A stretch of 64,000 nt of DNA from Bugula neritina (GCA_964035545.1 OZ037768.1:24585319-24649318), one strand, 5' to 3'; shown: positions 38,591-53,246, counted from the first letter of the stretch. Numbers and translations: made by a program. The notes: generated by a model from the sequence alone, not told the origin.

Positions 38591-39528
38591 TATCATAGGC
38601 AGCATCAGACTAACTATAGGTTTGGAAATCTACTAAAACTTGCATTTGGTTTTATATGGTAATGATATCAATCTAAGAACGTTCAATTAAACAATCATTT
38701 TGAATAATTATTATCCATGACAATATTTACCAACAGTAATACTAATTAGGGTAGCATGATCTAATAACAATTTTAAATTAAATATATATAACCAACGTAC
38801 GCAAGATTTTATTCTTATAATTATTGCAATTATTACATTTAATTTTATTATTATACAACGTAATTATATCAATTGCATTTATTCATCATTTGAAATTTCA
38901 ATTACATTAAATTTAATCTATTATTATAGCGAATATTATACTAATACTAATAGTAACACAGCATAATTATATTCAATCTTATAGCACACCCAGAGCCTAA
39001 TATATATGCGAATTACGATAAGTTAATTAATAAGTTTAACTTATTCTTAATCGAACAACTCAATAAGTATAATTAAAACGACTTAATTTGATTATTCATA
39101 CAAATTTATTGGTATCGGCATTCATTACATTTACTATTAGTCACACGCACAGTAAGTGTAACGGAATTTCACTTTTTAAACCCATACGTTACGATCAATA
39201 AATTTAAATTACCTAGAATAACGATATGATAATCATCACATGAATATTGACCATAATTTTTATTAATCTCGTCTTCTACATTTAGTAGCATTTCAACTAC
39301 GTTTACTACTACTAGTAGTATTTCGACTTTCAAGGTAAGTTTTGCTTTCAACTTTTATGTTAATATTAAATCATATATTTTATGCATACAGAAAATAAAA
39401 CTTCGAAAATAAAAATTCACTAGCCAATAAAAAAATAAATGTATTACTAAAAAAAGTTTGGTGCAATAAAGCTCATTATACAGCCTCCCAGAACACAAAT
39501 TTATAAGAAATATGAGTATATCATGTAC

Positions 39529-39559
39529 CTGTGATTTAATGGCGGACAGGAAAGAAAGA
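39529..39559 (-). promoter_or_regulatory. RPS19: RPS19 non-coding first exon with TCT/5'-TOP pyrimidine tract
   Basis: The minus strand reads TCTTTCTTTCCTGTCCGCC...CACAG|GTACAT, typical of ribosomal-protein gene starts. Confidence 0.7.
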
Positions 39560-40321
39560 TTTCACGCGTGAACCATCTATAGCCCAGACGTTAATTTGTT
39601 CCGCGGGATGATTGGCTTACTTTTGTCTGTAGGCGGAGCTTGCCTTCTGCTGCTAAGCGTTCGCCAAACAATTCATCGTGGTGATGGTCGCTTTCAGTAG
39701 TGGTGTTTCACTTCCCGTCTGTCTACTGACACCTATGCAAAAATAAAATTTATCATTTGTAAATTTTACGTAAGTCTTTTTACACAACTTTAACATATTT
39801 GTATTATATTAAGGTAAAGGTTTTTTTATCACCCAATCTTATGGTGCATGGACTATGAAGTTATCAATATGAATATCATTAATCATTATCATTAATAATA
39901 ATATTGTCATTATGGCTAAAACTAAAAGTGAAAGTAAATCAAAATGATAATCATAATGATAAGCATAACTATTTCAATAATGTTTACCTTTATTAGCTCA
40001 AATTCATTATGATATCATCATAATGATTTTTCACTTATAGTTTTAGTGATTCTGATCCAGACCATTGTGATTATTTGCTGCAAGTATAATTGTGGTGAAT
40101 TTTGATTTTGGGTTATCTACTATATCATTATTTCCCTGTCGTAGTTATAATAATCACACATTGTCAACGGCTATGTAATTAACTTGATATGATTAGTAGT
40201 TACTAGTTAGTAGTTAGTGGGTAGTTATCTTTTGTAACCCTCTATTAGCACGTAGGTAGTTTACTAATATAACGCCATCGGCGGCAGCAATACTGCCGGC
40301 AGCTATGATCGTGGACTGTAA

Positions 40322-41202
40322 TGTAATGGACGTAACAGTAATGTTATACGTATGTATGATCATTATAATAGGCTGCTAGTACTTGCAGTTAATGACCAGT
40401 TTGACTGGTCGCTATTATGGAAAAGTACGTACGCGCTGTCCGTTAGCTACTTGCTAGAAATCACTATGCATACTTAACCTGACTGAATCACCATTATTAG
40501 CGAGAACGTATGTTGTTTCGTACTAGTTACACGATGGCCATTAACTTAGCTGGACTCACTCATCAATACATCAGTTAACTATATGATATCATTCCTTTGT
40601 GTCATACAGCACTCTGTGAAATGCGGCACTTTTCGCAGTAGTGGCACAGGGTACCGCGACACCCGTCACTGTTCCCACAGCCAGAACTCATAGACCACTC
40701 ACTATCAAGCCAGCTGTGGCTCCAATGACTAATTCCTATAGTCGCCTGGTCAAGTTTGGGGATTTTCCATCATCAAGTGACCGCTATGCATCAGCTTGCT
40801 CGGATAAATTCTGAACATTCTGAACTTCCGTTTGGATAAACATATAGATGGACAATGATTGGCTGGCGGTGTTATTCATACGCTTAGGCTTATTGGCTAG
40901 CCTGTAAATGGGCATATCTCAATATATAAGGAGGTAACCGCGCCAGCTCAGGGAGTTAGTTAGTTAGTTACTGTTGTGTTCTTAGATTGTGTACTGTTAT
41001 TTTGCTACTTGTAATTATGTTTTTGCTTGGTTGATAATAAAGGACTTAGGTTTGGCCTCTACAATAGGCCAACCTACGATTATGTCTACTCACAGAATAC
41101 TCTCGTTCCTTTCTTTTGAATAATAATATTAAATTAAGTGATTGCATTGGTTCTTTCCGATAACCCACAAGGTGGAATTTGTATATCCGAAATTCCATAA
41201 CA
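40322..41202 (+). mobile_element. probable solo LTR
   Basis: Termini TGTAATGGA ... TCCATAACA (8/9 inverted), two ATTGG boxes, TATATAA ~40923, (AGTT)n and AATAAA ~41036. No matching TSD. Confidence 0.45.
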
Positions 41203-41878
41203 TTATTCATTATTGACAACTACTGTTTAGCAGTAGCCATAACTTTTCTTGCAAGTTAATTGCTGCATCCCATGGTTTTGGTTACAAAGAAAACTACTAT
41301 GATAATCATTTACAACTTAACCGGAACGAAAGTTTGCTTTCATTCACACTGAATAAGATTTTTCGTTTGAAGTTAAAGTGTATGTTAAATAAAGCATCAA
41401 CAATTAAAAAAAATGCTATTAGTATTAGTAAATTACTAAATTGAATTTTTTGTTGAGTAAATTAAAAGCAATACATGCTAATAGTTTTAGGCAATTGAAT
41501 ATAAATACTAGATTCAGTGACTTATACTTGTGGTCGCTTTTCTAAACTAGAGTGCATACTATAATAAATCATTAACAAATATCTACGATAATAGTTTATA
41601 CAAGAACGTTCTGATTTAACTAGTTGATAGTTTTATTTACAAAAAGTGTACAGCTTGTATGGCAAGGAGAAGAAGTATACAATAAGTTAAAATATAAATT
41701 ATGTGTATCAGAAAACATTAAAATTGATAATAAATACAAATACTTTACTTACAATTGCCAAATTTGATTTAGTTTGAACCACTGCCTCTGTTTATCAATT
41801 GTTACAGAATGATAATCAAAGTTTAATGCAAAAATTTAAACTTTACAGAAACACTGTGTGAAGTTTCTTTAGGCATAT

Positions 41879-42456
41879 GTGCCAGTTGTATAGTCATATT
41901 ACCTGTAACTATAGGTACCAGTTGTATAGTCATATTACCTGTAACTATAGGTACCAGTTGTATAGTCATATCACCTGTAACTATAGGTGCCAGTTGTATA
42001 GTCATATTACCTGTAACTATAGGTACCAGTTGTATAGTCATATTACCTGTAACTATAGGTACCAGTTGTATAGTCATATCACCTGTAACTATAGGTGCCA
42101 GTTGTATAGTCATATTACCTGTAACTATAGGTGCCAGTTGTATAGTCATATTACCTGTAACTATAGGTACCAGTTGTATAGTCATATCACCTGTAACTAT
42201 AGGTGCCAGTTGTATAGTCATATTACCTGTAACTATAGGTACCAGTTGTATAGTCATATCACCTGTAACTATAGGTGCCAGTTGTATAGTCATATTACCT
42301 GTAACTATAGGTACCAGTTGTATAGTCATATTACCTGTAACTATAGGTACCAGTTGTATAGTCATATCACCTGTAACTATAGGTGCCAGTTGTATAGTCA
42401 TATTACCTGTAACTATAGGTGCCAGTTGTATAGTCATATTACCTGTAACTATAGGT
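41879..42456. repeat. 36-bp minisatellite
   Basis: CCAGTTGTATAGTCATATTACCTGTAACTATAGGTR, about 16 copies. Confidence 0.95.
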
Positions 42457-42474
42457 GAGCTGATACATAGCGTC

Positions 42475-45400
42475 ATGGAGACAGCTGTAGTCACTAGTAA
42501 ACCCCCCTTACCTCAGCCTGTATCCACTCACAAAGCTGAGGAAGCAACTGATGGCAGCGCTTTCTCTCTGAGCATCTACCAGCAGCACCTGAGAACAAGT
42601 CAGATGGAAACCATGTCTGATGGCAGTGAGTGTCTTATATAGTGTAATATTATCTAGTATGTCACATTGTGCTGTAGCTGTTAGTATATAGTATGTCACA
42701 TTGTGCTGTAGCTGTTAGTATATAGTATGTCACATTGTGCTGTAGCTGTTAGTATATAGTATGTCACATTGTGCTGTAGCTGTTAGTATATAGTATGTCA
42801 CATTGTGCTGTAGCTGTTAGTATATAGTATGTCACATTGTGCTGTAGCTGTTAGTATATAGTATGTCACATTGTGCTGTAGCTATTCTCGGACTACGGGA
42901 TATAATATACCAGAATGAACCAGATCTCACCTACTACTGCTCACTCTGCAACAGGTTCGTCTCTCTCCTCCTCCTTAAAGACCACAAGACATACCACAAT
43001 GCTCTCAGTCTACTGGAGTTCAACTACCCCCCTTCCTCCCTGAAATCCCTCCTCAACAGACGAACTGCTATTCTGAAACGGCTCAAGGTGAAGGCTTATT
43101 ATCTTGTGTATATACTCTGTATAATACTATACTATATATAATACTCTACTCTATATAATACTATACTCTATATAATACTATACTCTATATAATACTATAC
43201 TCTATATAATACTCTACTCTATATAATACTATACTCTATATAATACTATACTCTATATAATACTATACACTATATAATACTATACTCTATATAATACTAT
43301 ACTCTATATTATACTCTATATAATACTATACTATATAATACTATACTCTATATAATACTATACTCTATATAATACTATACTCTATATAATACTATACTCT
43401 ATATAATACTATACTCTATATAATACTATACTCTATATAATACTATACTCTATATAATACTCTATATAATACTATACTCTATATAATACTATACTCTATA
43501 TAATACTATACTATATAATACTATACTCTATATAATACTATACTCTATATAATACTATACTATATAATACTATACTCTATATAATACTATACTCTATATA
43601 ATACTATACTCTATATAACACTATACTCTATATAATACTATACTCTATATAATACTATACTCTATATAATACTATACTCTATATAATACTATACTCTATA
43701 TAATACTATACTATATATAATACTATACTCTATATAATACTATACTCTATATAATACTATACTCTATATAATACTATACGCTGTATAATACTATACTCTA
43801 TATAATACTATACTCTATATAATACTATACTCTATATAATACTATACTCTGTATAATACTATACTCTATATAATACTATACTATATAATACTATACTCTA
43901 TATAATACTATACTCTATATAATACTATACTCTGTATAATACTGTATGTAGGATGATGCATCATTAGAAGAGACAACTCTCAACTTGAAGACTATACAAC
44001 TGGTCAACGACTCGTATGAAATAGTGAAACAGGAAATAGAAGACACATTTGAATGCTGCCGAAAGATTGAGGAGAACATAAACACCAAAGTTGAGGGCAG
44101 CCACCTCAGCTGCTGCCTGGACTTTGTGTCAGCAGTAGGTTGCTGTAGTGACCAGAACTCGAGGTGGAAGCAGGCGATGGAGGACTGCAAGGTGTATCAG
44201 GACTACTATGGTAATGACAAGGGCAGGGCATTCGTGGCGCTGTATGACGGGTATAATGGGAGTTATGCCGCCTCTGTAGCCGCTAATGAGCTCCACTACT
44301 TGCTGCTCATGCAAATGGCAAAGTTTGACAAGACTATAAAATGTAGATGCACTTTCAACATGCTGGAGAGAAATGACGTCACTAAATACGACCTGATAGA
44401 GTCGCCGGCCAAGCCGTGTCAACATAAGCGGCAGTTCCATAAGCAGAGTGCTAACTTCCTGCATCAGGTCATCTATACTTGTGAGGAGTTGGACTACGAG
44501 GGGACCAATCACCTCTCTTCTCATCATCCAATCAGAAAGGATCCTTCTACAAACAAGCAGTCTGAAGTAGCACATGGCGTAGCTGAAGTTAGTTGGTGAT
44601 CTGTGTTTGTAGTGTAGTGTACTCAATGTAGTATAGTCTATACAGTGTACACTGTACAGTATATACTGTATGTACTCAGAGTACATACAGTACATACTCT
44701 GTGTACATACAGTACATACTCTGTGTACATACAGTATATACTCTGTGTACATACAGTACATACTCTGTGTACATACAGTATATACTCTGAGTACATACAG
44801 GGTATACTCTGTGTACATACAGTGTATACTCTGTGTACATACAGTATATACTCTGTGTACATACAGTATATACTCTGTGTACATACAGTATATACTCTGT
44901 GTACATACAGTATATACTCTGTGTACGTACAGTATATACTCTGTGTACATACAGTATATACTCTGTGTACGTACAGTATATACTCTGTGTACATACAGTA
45001 TATACTCTGTGTACATACAGTATATACTCTGTGTACATACAGTATATACTCTGTGTACGTACAGTATATACTCTGTGTACATACAGTGTATACTCTGTGT
45101 ACATACTATATATACTCTGTGTACATACAGTATATACTCTGTGTACATACAGTAATATACTCTGTGTACGTACAGTATATACTCTGTGTACATACAGTAT
45201 ATACTCTGTGTACATACAGTATATACTCTGTGTACATACAGTATATACTCTGTGTACATACAGTAATATACTCTGAGTACATACAGTATATACTCTGTGT
45301 ACATACAGTATATACTCTTTGTTTACAGAGGAAAGATGATAAGACTACACATAGACAGCATATGAAGGCAGCACTAAGACGCGCGTATCAGCTGACGGAC

Positions 45401-48400
45401 GAGGTTTTGTCCTTCGGAGGAGATGAAAGGTCAAAGGTGAGGTGGAGTGGCTGCTCAGCGGTAACCGTGGCGATGGAGAATGTTGACAACTCGGAGTCGT
45501 GCCCCTCTACTCCTTCTAGGTTGTATGATACCAGCTTATATATAGCTAATATGATTATGGTATAATATGTCTATAATATAATAATATGATATTGTATAAG
45601 TTACATTGTTATATTATAATATATATAATATACAATACATAATGCAATAAACATATAATATATTATGTAATATAATGCTGATAATGTAGCTCTTAAGGCA
45701 GGACTCTGATTTTCCACTTGATTGGCCATATCTTGAAAAATAATAGCCCTACTGACCTCAAATTTTGATATGTTCCTAACCATGGGCCTACCCACACCCC
45801 CCCACAATTTCAGAGGTCAAGGTTAAATTATAGCGATTTTGGCCGGAGTGCACTAAAGAGTTATCTCCTCCTAGAATAATATTTCAATTCTGCTCCAACT
45901 CCACAATTTGAAGCAAAACATATTTATCTAGAACCCCTACCACATTTAGCCTTCTAGGTTTACTAGATAACAAGATCTATGCACTTTTCGCCGGAGTTCT
46001 AGATTTTTAGCAGGTACCATGTATTGAGATGACCATATCTTGAAACCTATTACATGCACATGCCCAATTCTGGTAGGGTTGCTAGATATACATTTAAGCA
46101 TATTATGTTCCAAATTTCATATGGGTAGGTCAAAAATTGTAGGAGGAGATAGAATTTTACTATCGTAGCAACCGAAAAAACATACAAATGAGAAAATTGA
46201 GGACGAAAATTCAATAAATTGAAATGACTATATCTTGAAACCTACAAGTTAAATATATATTATTTTGGCATGGTTGTTAGAAGCACATCTCATCATATTA
46301 TACTCCAAATTTCATAAAAATAGCATAAAACCTATAGGAGAAGCAATAATTTTACTACTGTAACAACCGAAAATACACAAATAAAAAATTCAATGACGAA
46401 AAATTTATCAATCGATATGATCTCATTTCAAAATCTTAGTTGTATTTGCATGATTTCAAAAGAAATTACAGAATAAATTATAAATTCAGTGAAGTTCTAT
46501 CTCCAGAAAACTCCAGTCTTGTAATACTTTGGCCAGACTGCTGGGCTTTGTGGCGGGAACTCACTATTATTAGAAGATCTTTTTGTGGGTATAAATGGCA
46601 AACTGCTTCACAATCAGTGTTCCTAAAACAAAGTAAACAGGTACAAAATCAGTACTATTATCATTGAATTATACGACAGAACAGCTGACAACAAAAATAA
46701 ACTTAGGTTTTTGCAAAATTTTCACTTTGGGGGCGAAGTAACAAAGTTAACTTATCTTCAAAGTTGAGGGTTTATTGAAATTTCATCTCTAAAAAGCTCC
46801 AGCTTGGTAGTCACTCCGGTCAGGTCGTCTGGCTATTTTTGCTCTTTGATAGGTGGCCCGTCTCCTGGAAGCCTTTATTCTCTGCAGATCTTTTTTGTGG
46901 GTGTGCATTACCAGCTGTTTTCCAATCGTTATTCCTAAAATATCATAAACAGCAGCAAGAGCAGTACTACCATCATTGAATTGTAAGACAGCACAGTTGA
47001 CAGCAAGTTCTAACCTAGGCTTCTGCACAAACTGCACTTTAGGGCAAAGTAACCAAATTATCCTATGAAAAGACTCGTTATTATTTTGTGTACCCCCATG
47101 CAAGCATTTTGAAAGCAGAGAATCGGCTGTAAGAGCTTCAAAAACCGGTTTTATCTCTTCTAGTACAAAAGGTGGGAGACTATTCGAATTACCATCACCA
47201 CTACCATTTACTGCCGGGCAAGAATTATCACATGAGCTATGATTCCTATTCCTATGATGCCATATTCTCCAAATGCTTGCTTTCATACCCTCTAAGTTTC
47301 CTACATTATTCCTAATAGCTGCTCCATAATGACCCTGAATTCTCTTTATAGCAGCTTTATGCAACTTACCACTACCTCCTATACCTTTATACTTACGGCC
47401 TTCCCAATAAAACTCTTTTCCCTTACATTGCTGCACTTTATCTAATAAAAGCTTGCCCATTCACTTTTGCACATGACCTACGCATTCAAGTTTCTCAACA
47501 ACAACATCTGGGCCATAGGGTTGGGCCTTACTTACAGCACTATAAGACTTGGAGTCTCCATCCCCTAAATATTTTACAAACCGTACTCCTCTCTTTTCGA
47601 CTGACCTCCTGAAAATTCTAACCATACCTACCGGCTCCATACCACCAGCTGAACCCTCATGATTTTTGACACAACTATGCTCTGGTGGTATACTATCTTT
47701 ATGACTGGCACATGTAAAACAATAACTAGAGAGAACTTCAGTATCAACTACTTTACCTGGTTTTCCTACTGAATGGGTAATAACAGTAGCTACCCCATTC
47801 TTACTACTAAAGCCCCTACGCTGCCAGGTACCATCACAAGATACTGTTATATCACTACTGTTACTCATACTAGCAGCTTCCCTGGCAGCCTGGTCCATTG
47901 ACTTACTAGCTAGCTCCTTAGTAATGTTACCAAGTCGCTCTACATCCTTGGCCCACTCACTAAAAGCGACAGGTGGGGGCAAACCTAGATGAGCAGAAAT
48001 AGTTGCAGCAGTACTTCTATGCCCACCTGCCAAGGTTGTACCAAAAGCCAACCGAGTATTCAAAGAAAACCTATGATCTACATCACGATCACTCATTACA
48101 CTACTTTCAATAAGAACACCACAAACAGAACAGGTAAAATCAAAAGCTGGTACAATTCCACTATGGCATTTTACACTAATTCGCAAGGACATAGCAGGGT
48201 GATCTTTACAAGCAATACTACCAGATGACAACCTACCCATAAGTTCTAAAACTAACTTAGTCTGCACTATAATACTGTCAGGCTGAGAATTTGCAGAACT
48301 AAATAAGAAATTTGAAGTACTTAGCTGATCATTTAGTTTAGCAGAGCTGGCAGTTGCAGCAGGAGTAGTGCCGGTAACTGTAGGTGTAGCATCAGTAGTC

Positions 48401-51400
48401 AGACTCAAAGAGCTGGAGGCAGTCGGTGGTATAAGTTGATGGTCAGATGCAGCAGACTGGGGCTCCAATTGAAAGTCCATAGTACTAACTGAAAAGCTTG
48501 TAGATGCACTTAGATGTGCAGTAGAGTTAGTTACATTAGTGTTACTAATAGTAGTAGCGATAACTGGCGTAGCGGTGCCGGCAATAGTAGTAGTAGTAGT
48601 AGTAATCGTCATGGGTGGTCTAGTAGTAGGCGTAGTTGTGGGCGTCGTTGCACTTGCAGGCGTCGTAGCACTTGCAGGCGTCGTAGTAGTAGTAGTACTA
48701 GTAGTAATATCTAGTACTGGGTCAGCTTTTCTGTACTGATTTCCTCGAAACTGCCTTTTTTTAACCTTAGGCATGTTTACTGTGTCTGTAGTATACGTGC
48801 TGCTATGTTAGAGACTTATATAACGAGTCGGTACGAATATAAATATTATGTAATATTACTAATGTCAAAATAAGTAAATCACGGCACTTCGTAAAACAAA
48901 ATGTTGATAAATATAAAGTCAAATATGTCTTCTCTTTATTTTCACCGGTTGTAGAAGATCTAGATGAAGGATTGATGGTAAATTATCAGATTGTTTTGGC
49001 AGTTTGGAATATTGCGTGTAGCTTCTTTGTTCGTTTTGGCAAACAGGATGTGCGTCACAGATCACGCGATAAGCACAGCCAATAAATGAAGTGAATCGCG
49101 GGTCACGGGGTCAGGGTAATAAAATCCGACAAAACTATGCTAAATCAATTATCTTTGTTTTGCCTCAATGCGCTTACTGAGAGGTGTTATACACTGCCCA
49201 TTAGTAAAGTAGGCTTTTCTGAAACTAATGCTGTACAGTGCAACTGAGAATGCCGAGTTGAAAACAGTTAACAATGGTGCTAAAGTTAGTGATTATGGCT
49301 GCATTTTTTTTGTTTTTCACACCAGTTGCAACAAAGGGGTAACTTTAAATACACAATTTTAATAGAAAGAAAAGTAGAATATCAAAAAGAATCACATCAC
49401 TCGAATCTGGAAATTTTAGAGTTTTTATGCATAGTAAAATCCAAATATGGCCAAATTGACCACAATTTCTTAATTTTTAATCATAGTCCAGCCTTAATTG
49501 TGGAATTGTCCCTTCATAGTGACAAATTGGGTTTCAATACGAGTGACAAAGTTGGTGGTAAGAGTTATGAGGAGCCTCGGACTATTGGTCGGCTGTATCT
49601 TGCAAATACAGGTATTCATATTACACAGTACTGTACTGTTACACAGTACTGTACTATACACAGTGTTACACAGTACTGTACTATACACAGTATTACACAG
49701 TACTGTACTATTACACAGTACTGTACTATACACAGTATTACACAGTACTGTACTATACACAGTATTACACAGTACTGTACTATACACAGTATTACACAGT
49801 ACTGTACTATACACAGTATTACACAGTACTGTACTATTACACAGTATTACACAGTACTGTACTATACACAGTATTACACAGTACTGTACTATTACACAGT
49901 ACTGTACTATACACAGTACTGTACTATACACAGTATTACACAGTACTGTACTATACACAGTATTACACAGTACTGTACTATACACAGTATTGTCTAATAT
50001 CTACTGCAGGTAACTGCCACGCTGTGTTGGTACGGGACAACCGTGCCTACCAACTTACTAAATCTCACACATACGAGAATCTGAGAGAGAGATCTCGAGT
50101 TTTGTCAGCTGGTGAGTTGTATGTATACTTACTATAGTATATAACATGTGTGTACTTACTATATTATATAACATGTGTATACTTACTATATTATATAACA
50201 TGTGTATACTTACTATATTATATAACATGTATACTTACTATATTATATAACATGTATACTTACTATATTATATAACATGTGTATACTTACTATATTATAT
50301 AACATGTGTATACTACTATATTATATAACATGTGTATACTTACTATATTATATAACATGTATACTTACTATATTATATAACATGTATACTTACTATATTA
50401 TATAACATGTGTATACTTACTATATTATATAACAAGTGTACTTACTATACTATATAACACCCAGGAGGTACGTTCAGTCAGAGTGAGAGAGAGATGAGAG
50501 TGAATGGAATTCTGTTGACAACCAGAGGTCTCGGTAACCATGGTGACCCGACCATAAAGCAACTCATCAGCTGGGAGCCGCACTGTGCAGCAGTAGACGT
50601 CGACCAGTACGCTCAGCTCTTGATAGTCGCTACTCCCGGCATCTGGCAGGTCTTCTCTCCGCAGGAAGCTGCCGAGCTGCTGCTCCAGGTGAGTTTATCC
50701 AATCAGCTTGCAGCTAGCAATATAGTATATCCAATCAGCTTGCAGCTAGCAATATAGTATATCCAATCAGCTTGCAGCTAGCAATATAGTATATCCAATC
50801 AGCTTGCAGCTAGCAATATAGTATATCCAATCAGCTTGCAGCTAGCAATATAGTATATCCAATCAGCTAGCAGTAATATAGCATGTACATATTTTGTATT
50901 TACTCCTTTATGTCATATTAAAAGGAAACGAGTTGTGTTGACCAGACTAAAACTAGCTTACAGATTATTTTCTATTATACTGTTTGGAAACATTAATTAG
51001 AAGTGTACTGAATATATTCAAGTGTAACATACCTTACCATAACATACTATACCATAGTTGGTCACAACTCACTCCACGGTCTTCCTGTATACATTATAGT
51101 TTCTCTATAAGATAAAAAAGGTAGGAAATTATGTGCCAATCAGCTCATTAGTATTAGCCCCTCCTCTTCGTATAACCTCTCCTAACATTGCATCATTTCC
51201 TGTCAGTTGTTGAGCAGTTTCCTGTCCGTGTTAGCAGTACCGTATTCACTCCACGTAACTTTCATGTGTAGCATAAGATTCCAGTTTTTTACCCTCTTTG
51301 ATTATGTAGCCCTTTGTTTACTAGAGTTGTCTACCCTTTTTTATTACTACTAGTACTACTACTACTACTACTACCGCTACTACTACTACTACTGCTACTA

Positions 51401-51406
51401 CTACCG

Positions 51407-51489
<83 letters not shown>

Positions 51490-51494
51490 GCTAG

Positions 51495-51540
<46 letters not shown>

Positions 51541-51562
51541 GCTAGTACTACTACTACTGCTG

Positions 51563-51597
<35 letters not shown>

Positions 51598-51602
51598 GCT
51601 AG

Positions 51603-51639
<37 letters not shown>

Positions 51640-51644
51640 GCTAG

Positions 51645-51697
<53 letters not shown>

Positions 51698-51745
51698 GTA
51701 CTACTACTATTACTACTGCTACTGCTACTGCTACTTCTACTACTA

Positions 51746-51778
<33 letters not shown>

Positions 51779-53246
51779 TATGTCGAGACAATATAGTGTG
51801 TTAGGATTTGCCTTCTCAGGTGCTACCTCAGAATCGTATTCCAACACCAGGCTATATATCTCCCAGCATATCTTCTCTCAAGAACACTCAAAATGCAACT
51901 CATAATGAGGCTGAAGTAAAGCAGACGGATATAGTCAATGTTGTTGCTGGTTCGTTGTCCCCCTTTGCTTACTCTATTACATGGGATTGCTAGACTGGTA
52001 TATAACTGTGTGTGTAGTTGTGGCATACAATGCCAGCTACCCGGTAATATTCAAATAAACTGTCACCAAAAACATATTAGAATCAGCTGTACAGTTGTCA
52101 AGTTGTCTCCCCAGTAGAGTGAGAGCTGTGATATGCTGTATTTAGACAGCAGCACGAGACCGGCACCTCTCATGGACGGGTCAGCGAGAGAAGGAGGTCT
52201 CTCGGCAGATGCTGCCTTCTCCACTCACAGAACCAGCGTGACTTTCCAGGATGAACAGACAGACACAGCTGGTGGGAAAATGAAGGTCGGTGAGGAGAAG
52301 TTGAAGGTCGGTGGAGAGGAAGTTGCGGGTAGGCTGACTGCAGACGTGTTGGATGAAGACTATGAAGACGATGAGTTGATAGAAATCAGGTTATATTACG
52401 CAGCTTATATTACGCAGCTTATATTACGCAGCTTATATTACGCAGCTTATATTACGCAGCTTATATTACGCAGCTTATATTACGCAGCTTATATTACGCA
52501 GCTTATATTACGCAGCTTATATTACGCAGCTTATATTACGCAGCTTATATTACGCAGCTTATATTACGCAGCTTATATTACGCAGCTTATATTACGCAGC
52601 TTATATTACGCAGCTTATATTACGCAGCTTATATTACGCAGCTTATATTACGCAGCTTATATTACGCAGCTTATATTACGCAGCTTATATTACGCAGCTT
52701 ATATTACGCAGCTTATATTACGCAGCTTATATTACGCAGCTTATATTACGCAGCTTATATTACGCAGCTTATATTACGCAGCTTATATTACGCAGCTTAT
52801 ATTACGCAGCTTATATTACGCAGCTTATATTACGCAGCTTATATTACGCAGCTTATATTACGCAGCTTATATTACACAGCTTATATTACGCAGCTTATAT
52901 TACGCAGCTTATATTACGCAGCTTATATTACGCAGCTTATATTACGCAGCTTATATTACGCAGCTTATATTACACAGTAGCTCGAGGCTAATGCTTCTAT
53001 GATGTCACATCCTGTTATAGGTCGAATGACTCTGGGAATGACGCAGACGTGGACACCGACTGGGCGTCTACGATCCCCCCAAGTGAGAGCGCCGCCCGGT
53101 CAGCCCTCTCTGTCCTCAGCAGCGACTACAAACACCTCTCTAGGGTGCTGTCGGAGCGACTCGTACAGAGTGCACTGTTGGCTGGGGCCAAGGACAACAT
53201 CAGCGCCATTGTCGTCGTACTGCAAGGCACTAAGTTACGTCAGTAG
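42475..53246 (+). CDS. PP2D1: PP2C-like domain-containing protein 1
   Basis: Exons approx. 42475-42625, 42882-43087, 43952-44588, 45330-45519, 49520-49611, 50010-50111, 50465-50688, 51806-51949, 52146-52371, 53021-53246. Motifs AMED, LYDGYNG, RWSGCSA, LYLANTGNCHAVL, TRGLGNHGD, IVATPGIW and GAKDNIS; N-terminal CSLC..H..YH. Confidence 0.85.
42655..45320. repeat. PP2D1 intronic minisatellites: 34-bp (42655-42883), 17-bp (43110-43945), 22-bp (44650-45320)
   Basis: Direct tandem arrays; source of several spurious ORFs. Confidence 0.9.
45697..49493 (-). mobile_element. full-length TTAA-specific DNA transposon (Kolobok-type, Mutator-like DDE domain)
   Basis: TTAA duplications at 45693-96 and 49494-97, TIR GGCWGGACT with RR...YY ends, subterminal CYATATCTTGAAA repeats, and an internal transposase. 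Confidence 0.88.
46789..48774 (-). pseudogene. transposase with one in-frame TGA at 47461-47463
   Basis: Two abutting same-frame ORFs; motifs DGTWQRRGFSSKNG, YLGDGDSK, KLECVGHVQK*MG and GGTQNNNESFH. Confidence 0.85.
49620..52977. repeat. PP2D1 intronic repeats: ~26-bp (49620-49990), ~25-27-bp (50120-50460), 32-bp (50697-50870), (ACT)n (51345-51778), 14-bp TTATATTACGCAGC (52391-52977)
   Basis: Direct tandem arrays, a different unit in each intron. Confidence 0.9.

Noticed and set aside
38600-39245. C/D snoRNA in RPS19 intron 1
   Set aside because: Only isolated C-like and D-like boxes, without proper spacing or a recognisable rRNA antisense element.
41823-45565. Repetitive Tyr/Cys/Val-rich ORFs (also at 10675-12042, 25467-26228, 49326-50013, 52390-53002, 63286-63993)
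   Set aside because: Stop-free frames of intronic minisatellites lying between identifiable splice sites.
47461-47463. Programmed readthrough or selenocysteine in the transposase
   Set aside because: The TGA sits at a conserved Arg position (a single-base change), the context TGA-ATG is not a readthrough motif, and I saw no SECIS.
45690-49519. Transposon inserted in a PP2D1 coding exon
   Set aside because: The phase-compatible strong acceptor is at 49519, downstream of the element, so the insertion is intronic.
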